The position numbers were made by a program, and so were the translations under genes. 64,000 nt of DNA from Balanoglossus misakiensis (taxonomy: Eukaryota > Animalia > Hemichordata), in contig CM082597.2 of the NCBI GenBank assembly GCA_040954595.2, forward strand, positions 5,399,244-5,463,243. The letters are read 5' to 3'. The notes beneath the pieces were generated by a model. It searched no databases and was not told where the DNA came from. It saw only the letters and a program-made list of their open reading frames with translations. Shown piece by piece: positions 51,701-64,000 of the stretch. How positions within the stretch are numbered: the first letter of the stretch is position 1; each line of letters opens with the position of its first letter.

Positions 51701-54700
51701 ATCAAAAAACCACCAAATTCTGAAATTTCGCGAGGTCGAAAAATTGACATTTCTGGATGATTTTCATGAGCTATAACCCATGGTTTTTATCAAAAAACCA
51801 CCAAATTCTGAAATTTCGCGAGGTCGAAAAATTGACATTTCTGGACCATTTTCATGAGTAATAACCCATGGTTTTTATCAAAAAAACACCAAATTCTGAA
51901 ATTTCGCGAGGTCGGAAAATTGACATTTCTGGATGATTTTTATGAGCTATAACCCATGGTTTTTATCAAAAAACCACCAAATTTTGAAATTTCTCGAAGT
52001 CGAAAAATTGACATTTCTGGATGATTTTCATGAGCTATAACCCATGGTTTTTATCAAAAAACCACCAAATTCTGAAATTTCGCGAGGTCGAAAAATTGAC
52101 ATTTCTGGATGATTTTCATGAGCTATAACCCATGGTTTTTATCAAAAAACCACCAAATTCTGAAATTTCGCGAGGTCGAAAAATTGACATTTCTGGACCA
52201 TTTTCATGAGCTATAACCCATGGTTTTTATCAAAAAACCACCAAATTCTGAAATTTCGCGAGGTCGAAAAATTGACATTTGTGGACCATTTTCATGAGCT
52301 ATAACCCATGGTTTTTATCAAAAAATGACCAAATTCTGAAATTTCGCGAGGTCGAAAAATTGACATTTCTGGATGATTTTCATGAGCTATAACCCATGGT
52401 TTTTATCAAAAAAACACCAAATTCTGAAATTTCGCGAGGTCGGAAAATTGACATTTCTGGATGATTTTCATGAGCTATAACCCATGGTTTTTATCAAAAA
52501 ACCACCAAATTCTGAAATTTCGCGAGGTCGAAAAATTGACATTTCTGGATGATTTTCATGAGCTATAACCCATGGTTTTTATCAAAAAACCACCAAATTC
52601 TGAAATTTCGCGAGGTCGAAAAATTGACATTTCTGGATGATTTTCATGAGCTATAACCCATGGTTTTTATCAAAAAACGACCAAATTTTGAAATTTCGCG
52701 AAGTCGAAAAATTGACATTTCTGGATGATTTTCATGAGCTATAACCCATGGTTTTTATCAAAAAACCACCAAATTCTGAAATTTCGCGAAGTCGAAAAAT
52801 TGACATTTCTGGATGATTTTCATGAGTAATAACCCATGGTTTTTATCAAAAAACACCAAATTCTGAAATTTCGCGAGGTCGGAAAATTGACATTTCTGGA
52901 TGATTTTCATGAGCTATAACCCATGGTTTTTATCAAAAAACCACCAAATTCTGAAATTTCGCGAGGTCGGAAAATTGACATTTCTGGATGATTTTCATGA
53001 GCTATAACCCATGGTTTTTATCAAAATACCACCAAATTCTGAAATTTCGCGAGATCGAAAAATTGACATTTCTGGATGATTTTCATGAGCTATAACCCAT
53101 GGTGTTTCTCAAAAAACCACCAAATTCTGAAATTTCGCGAGGTCGAAAAATTGACATTTCTGGATGATTTTCATGAGCTATAACCCATGGTTTTTATCAA
53201 AAAACCACCAAATTCTGAAATTTCGCGAGGTCGAAAAATTGACATTTCTGGATGATTTTCATGAGCTATAACCCATGGTTTTTATCAAAAAACCACCAAA
53301 TTCTGAAATTTCGCGAGGTCGAAAAATTGACATTTCTGGATGATTTTCATGAGCTATAACCCATGGTTTTTATCAAAAAACCACCAAATTCTGAAATTTC
53401 GCGAGGTCGAAAAATTGACATTTCTGGACCATTTTCATGAGCTATAACCCATGGTTTTTATCAAAAAATGACCACATTTTGAAATTTCGCGAAGTCGAAA
53501 AATTGACATTTCTGGATGATTTTCATGAGCTATAACCCATGGTTTTTATCAAAAAATGACCACATTTTGAAATTTCGCGAGGTCGAAAAATTGACATTTC
53601 TGGTTGATTTTCATGAGCTATAACCCATGGTGTTTCTCAAAAAACCACCAAATTCAGAAATTTCGCGAGGTCGAAAAATTGACATTTCTGGATGATTTTC
53701 ATGAGCTATAACCCATGGTTTTTATCAAAAAACCACCAAATTCTGAAATTTCGCGAGGTCGAAAAATTGACATTTCTGGGTGATTTTCATGAGCTATAAC
53801 CCATGTTTTTTTTCAAAAAACCACCAAATTGTGAAATTTCGCGAGGTCGAAAAATTGACATTTCTGGATGATTTTCATGAGCTAGAACCCATGGTTTTTA
53901 TCAAAAAACCACCAAATTCTGAAATTTCGCGAGGTCGGAAAATTGACATTTCTGGATGATTTTCATGAGCTATAACCCATGGTTTTTATCAAAAAACCAC
54001 CAAATTCTGAAATTTCGCGAGGTCGGAAAATTGACATTTCTGGATGATTTTCATGAGCTACTACCCATGGTTTTTATCAAAAAACCACCAAATTCTGAAA
54101 TTTCGCGAGGTCGGAAAATTGACATTTCTGGATGATTTTCATGAGCTATAACCCATGGTTTTTATCAAAAAACCACCAAATTCTGAAATTTCGCGAGGTC
54201 GGAAAATTGACATTTCTGGATGATTTTCATGAGCTATAACCCATGGTTTTTATCAAAAAACCACCAAATTCTGAAATTTCGCGAGGTCGAAAAATTGACA
54301 TTTCTGGATGATTTTCATGAGCTATAACCCATAGTTTTTATCAAAAAACCACCAAATTCTGAAATTTCGCGAGGTCGAAAAATTGACATTTCTGGATGAT
54401 TTTCATGAGCTATAACCCATGGTTTTTATCAAAAAACCACCAAATTCTGAAATTTCGCGAGGTCGAAAAATTGACATTTCTGGACCATTTTCATGAGCTA
54501 TAACCCATGGTTTTTATCAAAAAATGACCACATTTTGAAATTTCGCGAAGTCGAAAAATTGACATTTCTGGATGATTTTCATGAGCTATAACCCATGGTT
54601 TTTATCAAAAAATGACCACATTTTGAAATTTCGCGAGGTCGAAAAATTGACATTTCTGGTTGATTTTCATGAGCTATAACCCATGGTGTTTCTCAAAAAA

Positions 54701-57700
54701 CCACCAAATTCAGAAATTTCGCGAGGTCGAAAAATTGACATTTCTGGATGATTTTCATGAGCTATAACCCATGGTTTTTATCAAAAAACCACCAAATTCT
54801 GAAATTTCGCGAGGTCGAAAAATTGACATTTCTGGATGATTTTCATGAGCTATAACCCATGTTTTTTTTCAAAAAACCACCAAATTGTGAAATTTCGCGA
54901 GGTCGAAAAATTGACATTTCTGGATGATTTTCATGAGCTAGAACCCATGGTTTTTATCAAAAAACCACCAAATTCTGAAATTTCGCGAGGTCGGAAAATT
55001 GACATTTCTGGATGATTTTCATGAGCTATAACCCATGGTTTTTATCAAAAAACCACCAAATTCTGAAATTTCGCGAGGTCGGAAAATTGACATTTCTGGA
55101 TGATTTTCATGAGCTACTACCGATGGTTTTTATCAAAAAACCACCAAATTCTGAAATTTCGCGAGGTCGGAAAATTGACATTTCTGGATGATTTTCATGA
55201 GCTATAACCCATGGTTTTTATCAAAAAACCACCAAATTCTGAAATTTCGCGAGGTCGGAAAATTGACATTTCTGGATGATTTTCATGAGCTATAACCCAT
55301 GGTTTTTATCAAAAAATGACCACATTTTGAAATTTCGCGAAGTCGAAAAATTGACATTTCTGGACCATTTTCATGAGCTATAACCCATGGTTTTTATCAA
55401 AAAATGACCACATTTTGAAATTTCGCGAAGTCGAAAAATTGACATTTCTGGAGGATTTTCATGAGCTCTAACCCATGGTTTTTATCAAAAAGCCACAAAA
55501 TTTTGAAATTTCTCGAAGTCGAAAAATTGACATTTCTGGATGATTTTCATGAGCTATAACCCATGGTTTTTATCAAAAAACCACCAAATTCTGAAATTTC
55601 GCGAGGTCGAAAAATTGACATTTCTGGATGATTTTCATGAGCTATAACCCATGGTTTTTATCAAAAAACCACCAAATTCTGAAATTTCGCTAAGTCGAAA
55701 AATTGACATTTCAGGATGATTTTCATGAGCTATAACCCATGGTTTTTATCAAAAAACCACCAAATTGTGAAATTTCGCGAGGTTTGAAAATTGACATTTC
55801 TGGATGATTTTCATGAGCTATAACCCATGGTTTTTATCAAAAAACCACCAAATTCTGAAATTTCGCGAGGTCGGAAAATTGACATTTCTGGATGATTTTC
55901 ATGAGCTATAACCCATGGTTTTTATCAAAAAACCACCAAATTCTTAAATTTCGCGAGGTCGGAAAATTGACATTTCTGGATGATTTTCATGAGCTATAAC
56001 CCATGGTTTTTATCAAAAAACCACCAAATTCTGAAATTTCGCGAGGTCGGAAAATTGACATTTCTGGATGATTTTCATGAGCTATAACCCATGGTTTTTA
56101 TCAAAAAACCACCAAATTCTGAAATTTCGCGAAGTCGGAAAATTGACATTTCTGGATGATTTTCATGAGCTATAACCCATGGTTTTTATCAAAAAAACAC
56201 CAAATTCTGAAATTTCGCGAGGTCGGAAAATTGACATTTCTGGATGATTTTCATGAGCTATAACCCATGGTTTTTATCAAAAAATGACCACATTTTGAAA
56301 TTTCGCGAAGTCGAAAAATTGACATTTCTGGACCATTTTCATGAGCTATAACCCATGGTTTTTATCAAAAAATGACCACATTTTGAAATTTCGCGAAGTC
56401 GAAAAATTGACATTTCTGGACGATTTTCATGAGCTATAACCCATGGTTTTTATCAAAAAACCACCAAATTTTGAAATTTCTCGAAGTCGAAAAATTGACA
56501 TTTCTGGATGATTTTCATGAGCTATAACCCATGGTTTTTATCAAAAAAACCACCAAATTCTGAAATTTCGCGAGGTCGAAAAATTGACATTTCTGGATGA
56601 TTTTCATGAGCTATAACCCATGGTTTTTATCAAAAAACCACCAAATTCTGAAATTTCGCGAAGTCGAAAAATTGACATTTCTGGATGATTTTCATGAGCT
56701 ATAACCCATGGTTTTTATCAAAAAACCACCAAATTCTGAAATTTCGCGAAGTCGAAAAATTGACATTTCTGGATGATTTTCATGAGCTATAACCCATGGT
56801 TTTTATCAAAAAACCACCAAATTCTGAAATTTCGCGAGGTCGGAAAATTGACATTTCTGGATGATTTTCATGAGCTATAACCCATGGTTTTTATCAAAAA
56901 ACCACCAAATTCTGAAATTTCGCGAGATCGGAAAATTGACATTTCTGGATGATTTTCATGAGCTATAACCCATGGTTTTTATCAAAAAACCACCAAATTC
57001 TGAAATTTCGCGAGGTCGGAAAATTGACATTTCTGGATGATTTTCATGAGCTATAACCCATGGTTTTTATCAAAAAACCACCAAATTCTGAAATTTCGCG
57101 AGGTCGGAAAATTGACATTTCTGGATGATTTTCATGAGCTATAACCCATGGTTTTTATCAAAAAATGACCACATTTTGAAATTTCGCGAAGTCGAAAAAT
57201 TGACATTTCTGGACCATTTTCATGAGCTATAACCCATGGTTTTTATCAAACAATGACCACATTTTGAAATTTCGCGAAGTCGAAAAATTGACATTTCTGG
57301 ATGATTTTCATGAGCTATAACCCATGGTTTTTATCAAAAAACCACCAAATTCTGAAATTTCGCGAAGTCGAAAAATTGACATTTCTGGATGATTTTCATG
57401 AGCTATAACCCATGGTTTTTATCAAAAAACCACCAAATTCTGAAATTTCGCGAGGTCGGAAAATTGACATTTCTGGATGATTTTCATGAGCTATAACCCA
57501 TGGTTTTTATCAAAAAACCACCAAATTCTGAAATTTCGCGAGATCGGAAAATTGACATTTCTGGATGATTTTCATGAGCTATAACCCATGGTTTTTATCA
57601 AAAAACCACCAAATTCTGAAATTTCGCGAGGTCGGAAAATTGACATTTCTGGATGATTTTCATGAGCTATAACCCATGGTTTTTATCAAAAAACCACCAA

Positions 57701-60158
57701 ATTCTGAAATTTCGCGAGGTCGGAAAATTGACATTTCTGGATGATTTTCATGAGCTATAACCCATGGTTTTTATCAAAAAATGACCACATTTTGAAATTT
57801 CGCGAAGTCGAAAAATTGACATTTCTGGACCATTTTCATGAGCTATAACCCATGGTTTTTATCAAACAATGACCACATTTTGAAATTTCGCGAAGTCGAA
57901 AAATTGACATTTCTGGAGGATTTTCATGAGCTATAACCCATGGTTTTTATCAAAAAACCACAAAATTTTGAAATTTCTCGAAGTCGAAAAATTGACATTT
58001 CTGGATGATTTTCATGAGCTATAACCCATGGTTTTTATCAAAAAACCACCAAATTCTGAAATTTCGCGAGGTCGAAAAATTGACATTTCTGGATGATTTT
58101 CATGAGCTATAACCCATGGTTTTTATCAAAAAACCACCAAATTCTGAAATTTCGCGAGGTCGAAAAATTGACATTTCTGGATGATTTTCATGAGCTATAA
58201 CCCATGGTTTTTATCAGAAAACCACCAAATTCTGAAATTTCGCGAGGTCGAAAAATTGACATTTCTGGATGATTTTCATGAGCTATAACCCATGGTTTTT
58301 ATCAAAAAACCACCAAATTCTGAAATTTCGCGAGGTCGAAAAATTGACATTTCTGGATGATTTTCATGAGCTATAACCCATGGTTTTTATCAAAAAACCA
58401 CCAAATTCTGAAATTTCGCGAGGTCGAAAAATTGACATTTCTGGATGATTTTCATGAGCTATAACCCATGGTTTTTATCAAATAACCACCAAATTCTGAA
58501 ATTTCGCGAGGTCGGAAAATTGACATTTCTGGATGATTTTCATGAGCTATAACCCATGGTTTTTATCAAAAAATGACCACATTTTGAAATTTCGCGAAGT
58601 CGAAAAATTGACATTTCTGGATGATTTTCATGAGCTATAACCCATGGTTTTTATCAAAAAATGACCACATTTTGAAATTTCGCAAAGTCGAAAAATTGAC
58701 ATTTCTGGATGATTTTCATGAGCTATAACCCATGGTTTTTATCAAAAAACCACCAAATTCTGAAATTTCGCGAGGTCGGAAAATTGACATTTCTGGATGA
58801 TTTTCATGAACTATAACCCATGGTTTTTATCAAAAAACCACCAAATTCTGAAATTTCGCGAGGTCGAAAAATTGACATTTCTGGATGATTTTCATGAGCT
58901 ATAACCCATGGTTTTTATCAAAAAACCACCAAATTCTGAAATTTCGCGAGGTCGGAAAATTGACATTTCTGGATGATTTTCATGAGCTATAACCCATGGT
59001 TTTTATCAAAAAACCACCAAATTCTGAAATTTCGCGAGGTCGGAAAATTGACATTTCTGGATGATTTTCATGAGCTATAACCCATGGTTTTTATCAAAAA
59101 ACCACAAAATTCTGAAATTTCGCGAGGTCGGAAAATTGACATTTCTGGATGATTTTCATGAGCTATAACCCATGGTTTTTATCAAAAAACCACCAAATTC
59201 TGAAATTTCGCGAAGTCGAAAAATTGACATTTCTGGATGATTTTCATGAGCTATAACCCATGGTTTTTATCAGAAAACCACCAAATTCTGAAATTTCGCG
59301 AGGTCGAAAAATTGACATTTCTGGATGATTTTCATGAGCTATAACCCATGGTTTTTATCAAAAAACCACCAAATTCTGAAATTTCGCGAGGTCGAAAAAT
59401 TGACATTTCTGGATGATTTTCATGAGCTATAACCCATGGTTTTTATCAAATAACCACCAAATTCTGAAATTTCGCGAGGTCGAAAAATTGACATTTCTGG
59501 ATGATTTTCATGAGCTATAACCCATGGTTTTTATCAAAAAATGACCACATTTTGAAATTTCGCGAAGTCGAAAAATTGACATTTCTGGATGATTTTCATG
59601 AGCTATAACCCATGGTTTTTATCAAAAAATGACCACATTTTGAAATTTCGCGAAGTCGAAAAATTGACATTTCTGGATGATTTTCATGAGCTATAACCCA
59701 TGGTTTTTATCAAAAAACCACCAAATTTTGAAATTTATCGAAGTCGAAAAATTGACATTTCTGGATGATTTTCTTGAGCTATAACCCATGGTTTTTATCA
59801 AAAAACCACCAAATTCTGAAATTTCGCGAAGTCGAAAAATTGACATTTCTGGATGATTTTCATGAGCTATAACCCATGGTTTTTATCAAAAAACCACCAA
59901 ATTTTGAAATTTCGCGAAGTCGAAAAATTGACATTTCTGGATGATTTTCATGAGCTATAACCCATGGTTTTTATCAAAAAACCACCAACTTCTGAAATTT
60001 CGCGAGGTCGAAAAATTGACATTTCTGGATGATTTTCATGAGCTATAACCCATGGTTTTTATCAAAAAACCTCCAAATTCTGAAATTTCGCGAGGTCGGA
60101 AAATTGACATTTCTGGATGATTTTCATGAGCTATAACCCATGGTTTTTATCAAAAACC
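36751..60158 (+). repeat. 88-bp satellite DNA array, forward arm (~266 monomers)
   Basis: Consensus ttgacatttctggatgattttcatgagctataacccatggtttttatcaaaaaaccaccaaattctgaaatttcgcgaggtcgaaaaa; period 88 (gaaatttcgc at 37023 and 37111). Confidence 0.98.
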
Positions 60159-60163
60159 ATGGG

Positions 60164-63100
60164 AATTTGGTGGTTTTTTGATAAAAACCATGGGTTATAG
60201 CTCATGAAAATCATCCAGAAATGTCAATTTTCCGACCTCGCGAAATTTCAGAATTTGGTGGTTTTTTGATAAAAACCATGGGTTATAGCTCATGAAAATC
60301 ATCCAGAAATGTCAATTTTCCGACCTCGCGAAATTTCAGAATTTGGTGTTTTTTTGATAAAAACCATGGGTTATAGCTCATGAAAATCATCCAGAAATGT
60401 CAATTTTCCGATCTCGCGAAATTTCAGAATTTGGTGGTTTTTTGATAAAAACCATGGGTTATAGCTCATGAAAATCATCCAGAAATGTCAATTTTCCGAC
60501 CTCGCGAAATTTCAGAATTTGGTGGTTTTTTGATAAAAACCATGGGTTATAGCTCATGAAAATCATCCAGAAATGTCAATTTTCCAACCTCGCGAAATTT
60601 CAGAATTTGGTGGTTTTTTGATAAAAACCATGGGTTATAGCTCATGAAAATCATCCAGAAATGTCAATTTTCCGACCTCGCGAAATTTCAGAATTTGGTG
60701 GTTTTTTGATAAAAACCATGGGTTATAGCTCATGAAAATCATCCAGAAATGTCAATTTTTCGACCTCGCGAAATTTCAGAATTTGGTGGTTTTTTGATAA
60801 AAACCACGGGTTATAGCTCATGAAAATCATCCAGAAATGTCAATTTTCGGACCTCGCGAAATTTCAGAATTTGGAGGTTTTTTTTATAAAAACCATGGGT
60901 TATAGCTCATGAAAATCATCCAGCAATGTCAATTTTCCGATCTCGCGAAATTTCAGAATTTGGTGGTTTTTTGATAAAAACCATGGGTTATAGCTCATGA
61001 AAATCATCCAGAAATGTCAATTTTCCGACCTCGCGAAATTTCAGAATTTGGTGGTTTTTTGATAAAAACCATGGGTTATAGCTCATGAAAATCATCCAGA
61101 AATGTCAATTTTCCGACCTCGCGAAATTTCAGAATTTTGTGTTTTTTTGATAAAAACCATGGGTTATAGCTCATGAAAATCATCCAGAAATGTCAATTTT
61201 CCGATCTCGCGAAATTTCAGAATTTGGTGGTTTTTTGATAAAAACCATGGGTTATAGCTCATGAAAATCATCCAGAAATGTCAATTTTCCGACCTCGCGA
61301 AATTTCAGAATTTTGTGGTTTTTTGATAAAAACCATGGGTTATAGCTCATGAAAATCATCCAGAAATGTCAATTTTCCGACCTCGCGAAATTTCAGAATT
61401 TGGTGGTTTTTTGATAAAAACCATGGGTTATAGCTCATGAAAATCATCCAGAAATGTCAATTTTCCGACCTCGCGAAATTTCAGAATTTGGTGGTTTTTT
61501 GATAAAAACCATGGGTTATAGCTCATGAAAATCATCCAGAAATGTCAATTTTTCGACTTCGCGAAATTTCAGAATTTGGTGGTTTTTTGATAAAAACCAT
61601 GGGTTATAGCTCATGAAAATCATCCAGAAATGTCAATTTTTCGACTTCGCGAAATTTCAGAATTTGGTGGTTTTTGATAAAAACCATGGGTTATAGCTCA
61701 TGAAAATCATCCAGAAATGTCAATTTTCCGACCTCGCGAAATTTCAGAATTTGGTGGTTTTTTGTTAAAAACCATGGGTTATAGCTCATGAAAATCATCC
61801 AGAAATGTCAATTTTCCGACCTCGCGAAATTTCAGAATTTGGTGGTTTTTTGATAAAAACCATGGGTTATAGCTCATGAAAATCATCCAGAAATGTCAAT
61901 TTTCCGACCTCGCGAAATTTCAGAATTTGGTGGTTTTTTGATAAAAACCATGGGTTATAGCTCATGAAAATCATCCAGAAATGTCAATTTTCCGATCTCG
62001 CGAAATTTCAGAATTTGGTGGTTTTTTGATAAAAACCATGGGTTATAGCTCATGAAAATCATCCAGAAATGTCAATTTTCCGACCTCGCGAAATTTCAGA
62101 ATTTTGTGGTTTTTTGATAAAAACCATGGGTTATAGCTCATGAAAATCATCCAGAAATGTCAATTTTCCGACCTCGCGAAATTTCAGAATTTGGTGGTTT
62201 TTTGATAAAAACCATGGGTTATAGATCATGAAAATCATCCAGAAATGTCAATTTTCCGACCTCGCGAAATTTCAGAATTTGGTGGTTTTTTGATAAAAAC
62301 CATGGGTTATAGCTCATGAAAATCATCCAGAAATGTCAATTTTTCGACTTCGCGAAATTTCAGAATTTGGTGGTTTTTTGATAAAAACCATGGGTTATAG
62401 CTCATGAAAATCATCCAGAAATGTCAATTTTTCGACTTCGCGAAATTTCAGAATTTGGTGGTTTTTTGATAAAAACCATGGGTTATAGCTCATGAAAATC
62501 ATCCAGAAATGTCAATTTTCCGACCTCGCGAAATTTCAGAATTTGGTGGTTTTTTGTTAAAAACCATGGGTTATAGCTCATGAAAATCATCCAGAAATGT
62601 CAATTTTCCGACCTCGCGAAATTTCAGAATTTGGTGGTTTTTTGATAAAAACCATGGGTTATAGCTCATGAAAATCATCCAGAAATGTCAATTTTCCGAC
62701 CTCGCGAAATTTCAGAATTTGGTGGTTTTTTGATAAAAACCATGGGTTATAGCTCATGAAAATCATCCAGAAATGTCAATTTTTCGACCTCGCGAAATTT
62801 CAGAATTTGGTGGTTTTTTGATAAAAACCATGGGTTATAGCTCATGAAAATCATCCAGAAATGTCAATTTTCCGACCTCGCGAAATTTCAGAATTTGGTG
62901 GTTTTTTGATAAAAACCATGGGTTATAGCTCATGAAAATCATCCAGAAATGTCAATTTTCCGACCTCGCGAAATTTCAGAATTTGGTGGTTTTTTGATAA
63001 AAACCATGGGTTATAGCTCATGAAAATCATCCAGAAATGTCAATTTTCGACTTCGCGAAATTTCAGAATTTGGTGGTTTTTTGATAAAAACCATGGGTTA

Positions 63101-64000
63101 TAGCTCATGAAAATCATCCAGAAATGTCAATTTTTCGACTTCGCGAAATTTCAGAATTTGGTGGTTTTTTGATAAAAACCATGGGTTATAGCTCATGAAA
63201 ATCATCCAGAAATGTCAATTTTCCGACCTCGCGAAATTTCAGAATTTGGTGGTTTTTTGATAAAAACCATGGGTTATAGCTCATGAAAATCATCCAGAAA
63301 TGTCAATTTTCCGACCTCGCGAAATTTCAGAATTTGGTGGTTTTTTGATAAAAACCATGGGTTATAGCTCATGAAAATCATCCAGAAATGTCAATTTTCC
63401 GACCTCGCGAAATTTCAGAATTTGGTGGTTTTTTGATAAAAACCATGGGTTATAGCTCATGAAAATCATCCAGAAATGTCAATTTTTCGACCTCGCGAAA
63501 TTTCAGAATTTGGTGGTTTTTTGATAAAAACCATGGGTTATAGCTCATGAAAATCATCCAGAAATGTCAATTTTCCGACCTCGCGAAATTTCAGAATTTG
63601 GTGGTTTTTTGATAAAAACCATGGGTTATAGCTCATGAAAATCATCCAGAAATGTCAATTTTTCGACTTCGCGAAATTTCAGAATTTGGTGGTTTTTTGA
63701 TAAAAACCATGGGTTATAGCTCATGAAAATCATCCAGAAATGTCAATTTTTCGACTTCGCGAAATTTCAGAATTTGGTGGTTTTTTGATAAAAACCATGG
63801 GTTATAGCTCATGAAAATCATCCAGAAATGTCAATTTTCCGACCTCGCGAAATTTCAGAATTTGGTGGTTTTTTGTTAAAAACCATGGGTTATAGCTCAT
63901 GAAAATCATCCAGAAATGTCAATTTTCCGACCTCGCGAAATTTCAGAATTTGGTGGTTTTTTGATAAAAACCATGGGTTATAGCTCATGAAAATCATCCA
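60164..64000 (-). repeat. 88-bp satellite DNA array, inverted arm (~44 monomers, runs off the window)
   Basis: Reverse complement of the same monomer (..gaatttggtggttttttgataaaaaccatgggttatagctcatgaaaatcatccagaaatgtcaa..). Confidence 0.98.

Noticed and set aside
36751-64000. CRISPR-like array
   Set aside because: No unique spacers (the whole 88-bp unit repeats), eukaryotic context, and no cas genes.
36860-64000. CENP-B box or telomeric repeat within the monomer (ttcgcgaggtcgg; taaccc)
   Set aside because: Does not fit TTCGnnnnAnnCGGG spacing; there is only one TAACCC hexamer per monomer and no tandem TTAGGG.
60137-64000. Inverted arm as a simple fold-back read artefact
   Set aside because: Variant order is not mirrored across the junction and the arm has its own 9-mer repeat; a misjoin remains possible and needs read support.

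Overview
Eukaryotic genomic DNA with GT-AG introns; gene content suggests an invertebrate deuterostome (inference). There are four zones. (1) 130-15530, minus strand: 21 exons in consistent phase (~2,260 codons) of a polycystin-1-like (PKD1L/REJ family) gene. Domain order is C-type lectin, a ~1,200-aa Thr-rich mucin stalk with a 57-bp coding minisatellite, partial REJ, GAIN/GPS, TM1 and PLAT; the gene continues past base 1. (2) 18.1-28.4 kb: nine tRNA genes of only two kinds (5 Gly-GCC, 4 Pro-TGG), built by duplication of a Pro/Gly cassette, with a truncated LINE and several MITEs among them. (3) 29.5-35.8 kb: two tandem 3-exon CYP2-clan cytochrome P450 genes with non-canonical I-helix and C-helix motifs; a long-TIR MITE sits ~80 bp upstream of the second. 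(4) 36.75 kb to the end: a very homogeneous 88-bp satellite array (~310 monomers) with local higher-order repeats and one strand switch at ~60,160 that carries a fold-back hairpin. I cannot demonstrate a wholly new system from sequence alone. The best leads are the satellite and its inversion junction (possible centromere edge), the atypical P450 pair, the Gly/Pro tRNA cassette array and the lectin-mucin polycystin. All coordinates and counts were read by hand.
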